Shown in pieces: positions 10,681 to 23,231 of a stretch of 64,000 nucleotides of DNA. The notes under the pieces were generated by a model. The model was given only the letters and a program-made list of their open reading frames with translations, was not told the origin of the DNA and did not search any database. The first letter of the stretch is position 1. Each line of letters starts with the position of its first letter. Position numbers and translations under genes: made by a program. Origin of the DNA: Raja brachyura (taxonomy: Eukaryota); NCBI GenBank assembly GCA_963514005.1, contig OY740810.1:17236001-17300000 (forward strand), in the 5' to 3' direction.

Positions 10681-12472
10681 AACTAGGAAATGTCCACGTC
10701 AATTTTTTTTATACAGAGTGGTGGGTGACTGGAATCAGATATGATAGTGGCATTTTAGATAGACACGAGTGCATGGAATGGAGGAATATTTTGTCACGTG
10801 CAGGCAGAGAAGATTATTTTAATTTGGCATCAGGTTTGGCACAGATATTGTGGGTTGAAGGGCCTGTTCCTGTGCTGTACTTTTCAATATTCTATGTTCT
10901 TAAATTAGGGGATTGGCTGGACTGATTCTGCTGAATATAAGATGCCACAGTTTCTAGTGAAATATTCCACATGCAGTGGACAACCGGTTTCTCAGCTCCC
11001 TGAAATATGGAAAATAAAAAAATGTCTGCCTGAGAATAAAGCTTGCCCGGAGCATAGTGCTGAGCATGTGAATGGCCGATCTTGCTATTTGTGAAGAGCT
11101 TCAACTCCATAAAGGTGCCCAGAGCGCCAGACGAGTTCAATCTTCCTTGAACTTTTAATCCTCGTAACCTCGCATGCCTGCGACACCTGCCACTTGTACT
11201 CGAGGAGAACAGGTGGTCTCCTCCAGCAAATGGCAGGAGCGATTTGAAAATAACTTATGCTTCACGCCAGAAGCAGTCACCCCATCCCACTTCCTTCTTA
11301 CAGCCTCTGCCTGCTTAAAGCCATGTGCAGCTGACACTGTCAAAAGTACATAATGAATTCCCCTTTAAATAGCAAAGCCTCTGCATAGAACGCTGTGAAA
11401 AGTATTTTGTAATGTGTCCAGCTACTAAAGGGCAGCAAACTTCACAATGTGTGCCTTGTTGCAGAAGGGGTTAATTAGTTTTAATTGAAAGTATTATCCA
11501 CATGTAGTTTAGAGTCACATCCTTGTAGCTTTAAACTAGAATGGTTACAATTGAGATGGTAAACAAGTCGCTTTCACAGAGGCCTACACTGTAATTGCAG
11601 CTGAGAAGTCCATTACTATTTAAGTTTACCAACTGTTCAGTTGACATCAAGTCAATTTGTTTAAAACTCTAAACATAAGGCTCTAACAGCGGAGAGGTCC
11701 TTGGAGTTTGCGCTATGTAGAGTAAGAGGGCTTCAGCATGTGAGGAAAACAGCAGGAGCATCTCAGCACCAGCATTGGTTTAAAAGTGCACGGTCAATGC
11801 AAGTTGAGTAGCTGATAGGCAAACAGCAAGTTTGTTTTTTGTTGCTAAATGCCTACGTTAAAAGTTATCAGAAAAGGTGAAAGTGGCTCGGACAGATTGC
11901 TAGAAGTTGGGGAAAAGAAGCCAGCTGTTTGCTGTGTATCTAACAAGTGGTTAAGGTATAGCAAAGAACTGCAGATGCTAGTTTAAATCAAAGGTAGACA
12001 CAAAATGTTGGAGTAACTCAGCGGGACAGGCAGAATCTCTGGAGGGAAAGAATGGGTGACATTTCGAGTCAAGACCCACTCCAGAGATGCTGCCTGTCCC
12101 GCTGCGTTACTCCAGCATTTTGTGTCTACCTAAGTGATTAAGGTAAATGTCTTGAAGATAGTGAATTTGTTTGGAACTTTCTTCCTCGCCAAGTAGTGGA
12201 ATCAGAGCCTTTGAACATTTTTGGATCTGAAGTTGATGATTCATAATATCTAAATGAGACCGTGGCAACATTACCTTGAGATTGGTGTCAGATCAGTTGT
12301 GATCTTATTGAATGATGGAACAGGCTTGAGGACCAAGTGACCTACTGCTGTTCATAACTCGTGTTTGTATGAAATAAGAGAAACCTAACATAATTTCAAA
12401 ATAGTGTTGCACAAGGACTGACGCCTCCACTTGTTTGATGCCGTGCCTATTACGTTTCATTCAGATTTTTAG

Positions 12473-14119
12473 GTTTGGGCCAAATATCCATTATTTATTT
12501 ATTTCCCTCTGTACTCCACAAGTTGAGATTTGTAATAGAAAAAAAATCACATGTGGTTAAAGTGCACATTGTCAGATTTTATTAAAGGCCATTTTTTAAT
12601 ATTTTGGTTTCACCATGTAGAAATTACAGCTGTGTTTATACATAGTCCCCCAATTTCAGGGCACCATAATGTTTGGGACACATGGCTTCACAGGCATTTG
12701 TAATTGCTCAGGTGTGTTTAATTGCCTCCTTAATGCAGGTATAAGAGAGCTCTCAGCACCTAGTTTTTCCTCCAGTCTTTCCATCACCTTTGGAAACTTT
12801 TATTGCTGTTTTTCAACATTTAAACCAAAGTTGTGCCAATGAAAGTCAGAGAAGCCACCGTGAGACTGAGAAACAAGAATAAAACTGTTAGAGACATCAG
12901 ACAAACCTTACCAAAATCAACTGTTTGGAATATCATTAAGAAGAGAGAGAGCACTAGTGGGCTTACTGATCGCAAAGGGATTGGCAGGCCAAGGAAGACC
13001 TCTACAGCTGATGACAGAAGGATTCTCTCTACAATAAAGAAAAATCTCCAAACACCTGTCCGACAGATCAGAAACACTCTTCAGGAGTCAGGTGTGGATT
13101 TGTCAATGACCACTGTGCGCAGAAGACTTCATGAACAGAAATACAGAGGCTACACTGCAAGATGCAAACCACTGGTTAGCCGCAAAAATAGGATGGCCAG
13201 GTTACAGTTTACCAAGAAGTACTTAAAAGAGCAACCGCAGTTCTGGAAAAAGGTCTTGTGGACGAATGAGATGAAGATTAACTTGTATCAGAGTGATGGC
13301 AAGAGCAAAGTATAGAGGAGAGAAGGAACTGCCCAAGATCCAAAGCATACCTCCTCTGTGAAACACGGTGGTGGGGGTGTTATGGCCTGGGCATGGCTGC
13401 TGAAGGTACTGGCTCACTTTTCTTCATAAGTGAGCATAATGGATTCTGAAGTGTATTGACACATCCTATCTGCTCAAGTTCAAACAAATGCCTCCAAACT
13501 CATTGGCTGGCAGTTCATTCCACAGCAAGACAATGATCCCAAACATACTGCTAAAGCAACAAAGGAATTTTTCAAAGCTAAAGAATGGTAAATTCTTGAA
13601 TGGCCGTCAATCTCCTGATCTGAACCCAATTGAGCATGCCTTTTATATGCTGAAGAGAAAACTGAAGGGGACTGGCCCCCAAAACAAGCATAAGCTAAAG
13701 ATGGCTGCAATACAGGCCTGGCAGAGCATCACCAGAAATGACACCTGAAAAGACAGACGCCAGACACCAAAAGAAAGTACACCAGAAAAGATAACTTGTG
13801 ATGTCTATAAATTGCAGACTTCAAGCAGTCATTGAATGCAAAGGATATGCAACAAAATACTAAACATTATTACTTTCATTTAGATGACATTGCTGCGTCC
13901 CAAACATTATGGTGCCCTGAAAATGGGGGAGTACGTATAAACACAGCTGTAATTTCTACATGGTGAAACCAAAATGTACAAAAATTGCCTTTATACAATG
14001 CCTTCTGACAATGTGCACTTTAACCATATGTGATCTTTTCTATTACAAATCTCGAATTGTGGAGTGCAGAGGCAAATAAATAAATGATGGGTCTTTGTCC
14101 CAAACATTAAGGAGGGCAC
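12473..14119 (+). mobile_element. Tc1-family DNA transposon (long IR/DR-type termini), near full length, defective transposase
   Basis: Transposase fragments at 12833-13750 (HTH region, GRPRKT, VLWTxExKI, SPDLNPIEH). About 200-bp inverted termini containing ccataatgtttgggaca repeats. Stops and frameshifts present. Confidence 0.92.
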
Positions 14120-14320
14120 AAAAATGTTTTATAGGCAGATGAGATTAATTTAACTTTGCATCATGTTCGGCTCAGACATTGTATGCCGAAGGGTCTGTCC
14201 CATCTGTTCTGTGTTCTAAACACATTGATCTACACAACAGAATATCTGAATTTGTACTTCAGTCTGGTCTCTCTTTCTTGCATTGCATGAATGATTGAAT
14301 GACTTATTTTTGTATTTTAG

Positions 14321-14373
14321 AAAGAGAAAAGAACTGCAGGGTTTTGGAGAAGATGGGAGAGAGCTGACTACAG
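14321..14373 (+). CDS. SMIM7: SMIM7 coding exon 3 (KRKELQGFGEDGRELTTG)
   Basis: tgtattttag| acceptor and |gtaaaa donor; 53 nt; QGFGE motif as in SMIM7. Confidence 0.93.
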
Positions 14374-15660
14374 GTAAAACTGTTTCATTCAGGGCTTCTA
14401 AATTAGAATTTTCTTCTGCAATCTGATTCTTTATGCCACTTTTAAATTTATTGGAGCATATATGATCAATTCCATACGAAAGGGAGGATTATCATGTTGG
14501 TAAAGTCCCAGGAGTTGTTTCCAGTTCTGACTGCAACTGGCTTCCTAAAATTGATACCTTGCTGATTTGGGCAGTTTTGAACCAGGTTTAACTTCCTGAC
14601 ATTTTTTAAAATTTTTAGACCTCAAGTGCTGTGCACTTTGCTTTGGAAAGGAGTTCTTAACACCATCAATTTGAATTTCTCACTTTTATCGAGGAAAATA
14701 GTTGTTGATAGGAAATTATAGACATGTTACACAGAACTGTTTATCTAAGAACATAACCAATTGATTATTTCAAAATGACTGGAGTTTTGAAATGATGTAA
14801 AATAGAGGCACATCTCAAAAGAAGCATCGAGAACCTTTTCAGCCAGTATGTAGAAAGCACAATGGTAACAGGTTGGGAGCAATTTTAGCTACAGTTTCAG
14901 GGAATAATGGCGGGACGGTGGCAGCAGTGTCAGCTGGAGAACATGTTCATGGTGGTGATGGTAATTAAATAAGATTTATCATGGTAGTGGGAAAAGTCAA
15001 AAATGGGAATAAAATTTCCAAACTGGGGTCAGGCCAATTTATCTTGGCTGAGAGGGTGAAGATAGTCAATCTTGGATCAACAGGAAGTGTTTCAGAAGAT
15101 GACGGAAGTTCAGGGTTAACATTTCACACAAAGTGAATGGTGAGCCCTATGAATGGAAAAATGCATAGAAGGTAAAGTAAGGCAAAGCAATAATGAAAGA
15201 TTATGCCAGGCACAGAGTTTAGTGGAGAGACAAATAATTGCAGATGCTGGAATTTTGAGCAAAACACCATGTGCTGGAGGAACTCAACAGGTCAGACAAT
15301 ATGTCTGCAGGGAAATGGACAGATGGAGTATCGAGTTGAAACCCTTCTTGATCACGTTGCAGGAAAGATATGTTGCAGAGGAGGGTTGTAATTACCAGGA
15401 CTGGAAAAGGTTCATCAGGAGGGAATATTGGACAGACTTGGAAGCTGAGGTGAGACTTAATTGACACATATAAAATTATGGAAGGGCAGAAGGAGTAAAC
15501 CGGAAGACCATTTTTTTCTTTGGCAAACAGTTCAGAATCCAAGACGTAGATCTAAAGTAATTGGTAGAATCGACAGAAGGGAATGGGGGAAAACTGTTTT
15601 CATGCAGAGTGTAGCAGGCCTTTGAACTTCCTTGTCTGAAAGGGTGGTTAAGGCAGAAAC

Positions 15661-15792
15661 CCTTCTTCTTCTTGCGTATGGCGTGCACAGCCTAAAGTTG
15701 TCGGACAACTTGTTCTATTTGATTGTGCACGCCGGGTTGATTGCATTTGTCGAAACAGGGCGGACCACGTGAAGGTTGCAATCTCCCATCCC
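15661..15792 (-). mobile_element. Short retroposon (132 bp) with (GAA)n tail
   Basis: 10-bp TSD AGGCAGAAAC at 15651 and 15793; (CTT)n at the left end. Inserted in an older CR1 remnant. Confidence 0.7.
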
Positions 15793-16332
15793 AGGCAGAA
15801 ACGCTCATCACATTTACACAACCTTGGGATGTGACCTTGAAAAGCCCTGACCCGGCAGTGCTAGAAGGCTGAGATTAGGCTGAGAAGCTCTTTTTCTACG
15901 GGCACAGACATGAGGGAGACCTCCTATGTCAAACACTTTCACTGAGATTAAATGCTTTAAGTGCTGACATATGTCTGTTGAGGAGTTTGTGGAGATTTAA
16001 ATTGCTTCCAAAATATCCAGATTTGTGAATGGAATCACTCAAGGACAGAGGATTTTGCACTATCCGTGCTCAGCCACCAGGTGGCAGGTCTGGCCACATT
16101 TCAGAAGCTCATGGTATCTCACTTGGCCTGACATTTCCTGGAAATCCCTTTGATGGTGGGGAGGTCAGTACCCGTGATGGAGTGTGCAGTGGTCGCCACT
16201 TTTGGCAGTCTTCTTCACTCCTGGTAGATATGGATGGAAAAATGGCACTGGAAAGTGTGAGTTGTTGCATTTTAGGAGGTCAAATGTAAGGAAAAAGTAT
16301 GCAGTTAATTATAGACAGGGCTGCCAACTCTC

Positions 16333-16840
16333 ATAGAAACATAGAAAAATAGGTGCAGGAGTAGGCCATTTGGCCCTTCGAGCCTGCACCGCCATTCAAT
16401 ATGATCATGGCTGATCATCCAACTCAGTATCCCGTACCTGCCTTCTCTCCATACCCCTGATCCCTTTAGCCACAAGGGCCACATCCAACTCCCTCTTGAA
16501 TATAGCCAATGAACTGGCCTCAACAACCTTCTGTGGCAGATAATTCCAGAGACTCACCACTCTCTGTGTAAAGAATGTTTTCCTCATCACAGTCCTAAAG
16601 GAATTCCCCCTTATGCTTAGACTGCGACCCCTTGTTCTGGATTCCCCCAACATCGGGAACAATCTTCCTGCATCTAGCTTGTCCAACCCCTTAAGAATTT
16701 TGTAAGTTTCTATAAGATGCCCCCTCAATCTTCTAAATGCCAGTGAGTACAAGCCGAGTCTATCCAGTCTTTCTTCATATGAAAGTCCCGACATCCCAGG
16801 AAACAGTCTGGTGAACCTTCTCTGAACCCCCTCTATGGCA
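16333..16840 (-). mobile_element. Young CR1 LINE 3' fragment nested just inside the left TIR
   Basis: MSGLSYEERLDRLGLYSLAFRRLRG... ORF with (TTCTATGT)-type tail. Confidence 0.9.
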
Positions 16841-17289
16841 ACTCACGCAGAACCCCCTCTATTGCAACTCACCCCCTCACGCTTTGAGCGTGAGAATCAC
16901 GCATTTGAAGAAACTCTCACACCCTCACGCTGATCAGAAATTTCACACGCTCTGTGGTGAGAAATTCTGTGATCAACGAAAATTTCAAAACTCAGATAAA
17001 CTGCATGGTCCACAGGTGTTGGAGAGCCGGGGCTGAGGGAGGGGATGGAAGCAGATGTAGCGGCGGGAACCGATGCGGATGGAAAGCCGGGGCTGGCGAG
17101 TGTTTACAGGGACAGATGCCGGGAACGGGGCTGGCGAGTGTTTGTGGGGCCTGCGAGGCGCTCGCTGCATCTCCGGCCATGGAGCAGCCTCAGTGCAAGA
17201 GTCCCGGGCCGATCGGAGGTGTCGGAAGCGTTGTACCGCTGCCGTGAGTGTCTCTGTGCCGATGGGACAGTGACCCTCAAAGGGAGGCG

Positions 17290-17792
17290 GACAAAGAGAG
17301 GAGAAGGAGACAGGAATACAGTGGGGAGAGAGAGAGAGGCTGAGAGGAGGGAGAGGGGAGATACAAAGGGGGAGTGAATGGGGAGAGTGGGAGGGGGAAG
17401 AATGAGGTGGGGGAAGAGAGAGGTGAGCGAGAGGAGAGGGAGAGAGTGTGGAGAGGGGGAGATAGAGAGGGAGGGAGATAGAGATAGAGAGGGGGAGATA
17501 GGGAAGAGAGAGAAGAAAGAGGGGGAGAGAGAAGAAAGAGAGGGAGTAAGGGGGAGAGAGAGTTTGGGGAAAGAGGGAAGAGGGGGATAGAGAGGGGACA
17601 AGAGAGGAGGGAGAGAGGAGGAAGAGAGAGAGGGGTGTGAGAGGGGAGAGGAGAGGGGGAGAGAGAGGGGGGTGAGCAGAGAGAGAGCGGAAGAGAGGGG
17701 GGAGAGAGAGAGGGATGAGAGTGAGGTGGGAGGGTGAGAAAGAGGTGGGGGAGAGAGGGAGAGGGAGGGGGAGAGAGTGAGGGGGATAGAGA
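17290..17792. repeat. Degenerate GA-rich low-complexity tract
   Basis: Almost entirely purines on the plus strand. Confidence 0.9.
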
Positions 17793-18038
17793 GGCAGAGC
17801 TGCCAACTCCCATGCACTGAGCGTGAGAATCAGGCATTTCGCCAAATTCTCAAGCTGATCGCAAATTTCTCACGCTCTGTCGTGAGAAATTCTGTGATCA
17901 ATGAAAATTTCAAAACTCATATCAACTGCATGGGCCATGGGAGTTGGAAGCAGAAGCAGCGACGGGGACAGATGCAGACGGGGAGCGGGGCTAGCGAGTG
18001 TTTGCCGGGCTGGCGAGTCGCTCACTGCAGCTCCGGCC

Positions 18039-18176
18039 ATGGAGCAGCCTCAGTGCAAGGCGTCGGAAGCGTTGCGCCGCTGCCGTGAGAGTCTCTGTGC
18101 CAAATTCGCCCAGGTGACTGGCATGGATCAGGCTGCGGCTCGGTGCATCCTGGAGGACAACCAGTGGCTGCTGGAA
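18039..18176 (+). pseudogene. Captured TDP2 (tyrosyl-DNA phosphodiesterase 2) exon-1-like fragment, UBA-like N-terminal domain
   Basis: RESLCAKFAQVTGMDQAAARCILEDNQWLLE|GTAAGT aligns with the TDP2 N-terminus (human RRLLCVEFASVASCDAAVAQCFLAENDWEME). No further TDP2 exons seen. A truncated second copy lies at about 17045-17262. Confidence 0.72.
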
Positions 18177-18284
18177 GTAAGTGCCAGGCACTGGGTAGAA
18201 ACGATGAAAGATAGTGGACTTCAAATGGGGGTGGTTGGAGAAAGCATCCTGCTTGCCTGCTAGATTTTCATTTACTGTAACTGC

Positions 18285-18615
18285 AGGAAAAATGTTCCCG
18301 ATGTTGGGGGAGTTCAGAATCAGGGGTCACAGTTTAAGAATAAAGGGGGGAGGCAGTTAGGACTGAGATGAGGACAAACTTTCTTCACACAGAGAGTTGT
18401 GAATCTGTGGAATTCTCTGCCACAGAAGGAAGTGCAGGCCAATTCACTGGATGTTTTCAAGAGAGAGTTACATTTAGCTCACAAAATCAAGGGATATGGG
18501 GAAAAAACAGGAAAGAGGTACTGATTCTAGATGAATAGCCATGATCATATTGAATAGCAGTGCTGGCTCGAAGGGCCGATGGCCTATTCCTGCACCTATT
18601 TTCTAAGTTTCTATG
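18285..18615 (+). mobile_element. CR1 LINE 3' fragment
   Basis: Diverged plus-strand copy of the 7866/16333 family, ending in tttctatg. Confidence 0.8.
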
Positions 18616-20325
18616 CTTGAGTATATGGCAATAAAACTCGATCACTTGATTTTGAAGCATTCATGTATGGTGGAGGTATAATGTGGTCATAGAGTGATAC
18701 AGTGTGAAAACAGGCCCTTCAGCGCAACTTTCCCACACCTGCCAACATGTCCCAGCTACGCTACCTGCATTTGGTCCATACCTCCAAACCTGTCCTATCC
18801 ATGTATCAGTCTAACTGTTTCTTAAATGTTGGGATGGTCCTTGCCTCAACTACCTCCTCTGGCAGCTTGTTCCAAACACCCAACACCTTTTGTGTGGATA
18901 AAGTTACCCCTTAAAAAGTTACCTTTAAAAATACTTCATACAAAAAACATTGAAATCATACTTCTACAATGCACTCAAACATGATTTTAATACATCAAAT
19001 TTCAAAATGTTCCTACCCTGGGAGGGGGGACACCCTTCTTCCACACCCTCTCCCCACTCAGTTGCGCCACTCCCTCACCGGGTACCCCCAAGGCCAGTGA
19101 TCGCTCAGCCTCCCCACTTTCAAAAACGCTCCGCGGCCCCTGGTTCAGATGGAGAACACTGCCAGATGTGAGCAGGGAACTGAGGCCAGTTGTCCATGAT
19201 GTTTGGATCCCAATGCTCAGCACTTCATTTTTCGGAGTTGGCTAATGTTATTGATTTGTAATTAGCCTGATGACTTCAGGACAGTTTGTTACGAAAATGA
19301 AAGAAATGGTATCAGAATACTTACATAGCTGAGTGAGTATAATTTTATGGATGGGAATTGTGTTCAACCAATTGATGACTTATTTGACAAAGTGACTAGC
19401 ATGTTAGATAACAAGGAAGCCAAGGAATGTAGCAAATTTTGTTATCCATAATTAGGTCTGAAGTGCCCCATAAAGGATTATTGCATTAGATAAGCACCTG
19501 TGGACTTTAATGTAATAGGTTAAGTCCAGGGGGTCAGATATGGGGCTTTATGTGGGGGCCAGATATGTCAGTGCAAAGGGGCTAGGACCAAGGCCATGTT
19601 TGCATCCAGAGTCAAGGTCTGGAATAGACCTTGGTGTGCAGTACTAAGTACTAGGTGTGCAGTCAAAGCTGGGACCAGGGGTATGTTCAGCACTGGGAAC
19701 CTAAGCAGGTAAGCAGCTATGATCAGGGTAGAATAGGGGGCCAGGTGTAGGGCTGGACTCGGGGACAGGAATGAGAGAAGGTATGCAACTGGAGTCAGGG
19801 CCAGGAGTAGCAGCAGGTGTGCAGTGAGACCCAGGTTGGCCAACATGGGCCAAGTGTTTGATTATAATCTGATTTCCATACATGAGTACACTAAGATCAT
19901 TCATGTGCTGCACGTATGGATCAGAGCCTGGGCTCTACTGTGGAATGTAATTTACTCTAACCTTATTCATAGCTAATCCAATTTAAAGCATATATATTGC
20001 ATTCAAGTGTAAGTTAAAAGACTCGCTACAGTATGCACCATATTATACAATTTCAAGCTGAAAAATGCAAAAGTTCCGTGCCAATGGGAGGGGACACACC
20101 CTCCTCCTACACCCCCCCCCCCCCGTCGCTACGCTCCCTCGGGCTTGGTCTCGCAATTTCTCACTCCCAACTCTCACCAAATGTTGGCAGCCCTGTTATA
20201 GTCATAGAATGATACAGCGTGGAAACAGGCCCTTCAGCTCAACTTGCCCACACCAGCCAACATGTCCCAGCTACTCTAGTCCCACTTTCCCGCATTTGGC
20301 CCATATCGCTCCAAACCTGTCCTAC

Positions 20326-21545
20326 TAATTTCCATCCTGCACTCAAATTCACTTGGACCATCTCTGACATCTCCCTACCATTTCTAGATCTGACCATCTC
20401 CATCACAGGAAACAGACCATTGACCGACATCTACTACAAACCTACTGACTCTGATAGCTATCTAGACTACACTTTTTCCCACCCTGCTTCCTGTAAAGAC
20501 TATCCCCACTCTCAATTCCTCAGTCTACGCCGCATCTGCATCCAGGATGAGGTGTTCCATACCAGGGCATTGGAGATGTCCTCATCCTTTAGGAAACGGG
20601 GGTTCCCCTCTTCCATTATAGATGAGGCTCTCACTAGGGTCTCCTCGATATCCCGCAGCTCCGCTCTTACTCCTCCCATTCGTAACAAGGACAGAATCCC
20701 CCTAGTCCTCACCTAAGCTGTCGCCTACAGCATATAATCCTCTAACATTTTCGCCATCTCCAACAGGATCCCACTACAGGCCACATCTTCCCATCTCCAC
20801 CACTTTTTCCTTTCCGCTGAGACCGTTCCCTCCGAAACTCCCTGGTCAATTCGTCCCTTCCCATCCAAACCACCCCCTCCCCAGGTACTCTCCCCATGCA
20901 ACTGCAGGAGATGCAACACCTGCCCCTTTCCCTCCCCCCCCCCCCCCCCCCCCCCCCGACTCCATCTAAGGACCCAAACAGTCTTTCCAGGTGAGGCAGC
21001 GGTTCACTTGCACCACCACCAACCTCATCTACTGAATCCGCTGTTCCAGGTGTCAACTTCTCTACATCGGCGAGACCAAGCGCAGGCTCGACGATCGTTT
21101 CACTGAACACCACCGCTCAGTCCGTCTTAACCTACCTGATCTCCCGGTGGCTCAACACTTCAACTCCCCCTCCCATTCCTAATCTGATCTTTCTGTCCTG
21201 GGCCTCCTCCATTGTCAGAGTGAGGCTCAGTGCAAATTGGAGGAACAACACCTCATATTTTGCTTGGATAGCTTACATCCCAGCGGTATGAACATTGACT
21301 TCTCTAACATCAGATAGCCCTTTCTCTCTCTCTATCCCCTTCCCCTTCCCAGTTCTCCCACCAGTCTTACTGTCTCCGCCTACATTCTATCTTTGTCCCG
21401 CCCCTTCCCCTGACATCAGTCTGAAGAAGGGTCTCGACCCGAAATGTCAGCCATTCCTTCTCTCCAGTGATGCCGCCTCACCTGCTGAGTTATTCCAACA
21501 TTTTGTATGATTTAAACCAGCATTTGCGGTTCTTTCTTACACACT
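20326..21545 (+). mobile_element. Penelope-like element fragment inserted in a minus-strand CR1 3' fragment (about 20196-21925)
   Basis: NFHPALKFTWTISDISLPFLDL...TDIYYKPTDS (RT C-terminus), GIY-YIG coding at about 21010-21260, terminal motif at 21421. Confidence 0.88.
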
Positions 21546-21928
21546 ATCCATGTACCTGTCTGTTTCTTAAACCTTGGGATAGTCCCTGCCTCAACTACAT
21601 CCTCTGGCAGCTTGCTCCATTCCCCCACCATCCTTTGTGTGAAAACGTTACCCCTCAGAGTTCTATTAAATCTTTTCCCCTTTACCTAAAACCTATGTCT
21701 TCTGGTCCTCGATTCACCTACTCTGGGCAAGAGATTCTATACATCCATCCAATCTATTCCTCATGATTTTATGCACCTCTATAAGACCACCCCTCATCCT
21801 CCTGCGCTCCAAGGAATAGAGTTCCAGCCAACTCGACCTCTCCCTATAGCTCAGAAGCTCTAGTCATGGCAACATCCTCGTAAATCTTCTCTGTACCCTT
21901 TCTAGCTTGACAACATCTTTCCGATGAC

Positions 21929-22620
21929 GTGGTAACCAGAACTGAATACAATACTAACCACAGATCTCTTAACAACATTGATAATCAAAGGGATCTTGAG
22001 GTCCAAGTACATAGCTTGAACACAGCAACACAAGTGGTAAAGAAGGCATATGGTATATTTGCCTTCATCAATTGGAGCATTGAATCTAAGAGTCAGGATG
22101 TAATAATAAAGCTTCATAAAGCTTTGGTTGGGCTGCATTTGGACTATTGTGTGCAGTTCTGTTCTGAAGACAGATGTGAAGGATGTGAAAACTCATGAGA
22201 GGGTGCAGAAGAGGTTTACCAGAATGTTGCCTGGATTAGAAGGTATTGGGTGCCGAGCTTTGATAAACTTGGATTGTTTTCTCTGAACCTTCAGAGGCGG
22301 ACAGGACACCTGATAGATCATAAAATTATGAAAGGCATAGGTAGGGTAGACAGCCAGAGCCTATTTTCCCAAGATGGAAACGGCAGACTAGAGGGCATAG
22401 CTTAAGATCAAAGGAGGAAAGTTTTAAAGAGGTGTTCTCTAGGAAGCACTGGCAGGGGTGGTGTTGGAGGCAGATACAACAACGGGGTTTAGATAGACAG
22501 AGGAATATGTAAGTAATGGTGGGATACAGATCAGGTGCAGGCAGGATTAGTTTAATTTGGCATCAGATACAGCATAGCCATGTGGGGCGAAGGGCCCGTT
22601 CCTGCCCTATACTGTTCTGT
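21929..22620 (+). mobile_element. Older CR1 LINE 3' portion
   Basis: QRDLEVQVH...VVKKAYGIFAFI...LDYCVQF motif. Confidence 0.8.
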
Positions 22621-23231
22621 TTATAGGTTTAGTTTAATACCATACAGATGAATACAGGCGAGTCCCCAGTTGATGCACATCACTTGTAAACAATTAACGA
22701 CATTTGATATAATCTGATTCATGCCATTAACAGGAAATTCCCTGTTGTTCTACAGAAAAGCAATGTAGTCCACATTTTTTCTGGCCAAAGCATATTCCTC
22801 AATCAGAATCTTGAATTAAATCATATGGTCACGGTTATGTGAGTGTTCTTGCTGTGTGAAAAATATGCTGTGGTATCGTTACACTACATCAGCAACTGAA
22901 TTTAAAAAAATGTTAATTGGCTTTTGATAAGTAGGATGTTGACAGTTATTGCACTTCACTGTAAACATTAGAGGTTGATCTTTTTCATTTCTTGCCTTTT
23001 TCTTCTTGCTCATTCCTTTCTTGTCTCTCTTTATAAACAATTTGTCTTGCTCAGATGCACTGTCTAGTACCCAGCTGTGGCTGGGTACTAGACAGTCCCG
23101 TCCTGTCCCGTTGTGCAACTTATGCACCACTAGGGACCAATGCTGAGACTGCTGTTGTTTATCATTTCCACAAAGAATAGGTCTTGAAGTATAACACTTG
23201 AAATGGATAGATAACTCAACATTAGAAGGTA

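Larger units (their letters stand above)
16316..20195. mobile_element. Composite non-autonomous hAT-like TIR element carrying a TDP2-like exon
   Basis: 13-bp perfect TIRs CAGGGCTGCCAAC (16316) and GTTGGCAGCCCTG (20183-20195); flanks ttataga(c) and ttatagtc. The left end is duplicated at 17793. A second, different hAT-like right end closes at about 19142. Confidence 0.6.

Noticed and set aside
16985-17845. Leu/Ser/Pro-rich minus-strand ORFs
   Set aside because: Translation of the GA/CT low-complexity tract.
18039-18263. Functional TDP2 gene at this locus
   Set aside because: Only an exon-1-like piece is present, embedded in repeats within a SMIM7 intron; no downstream phosphodiesterase exons were found.
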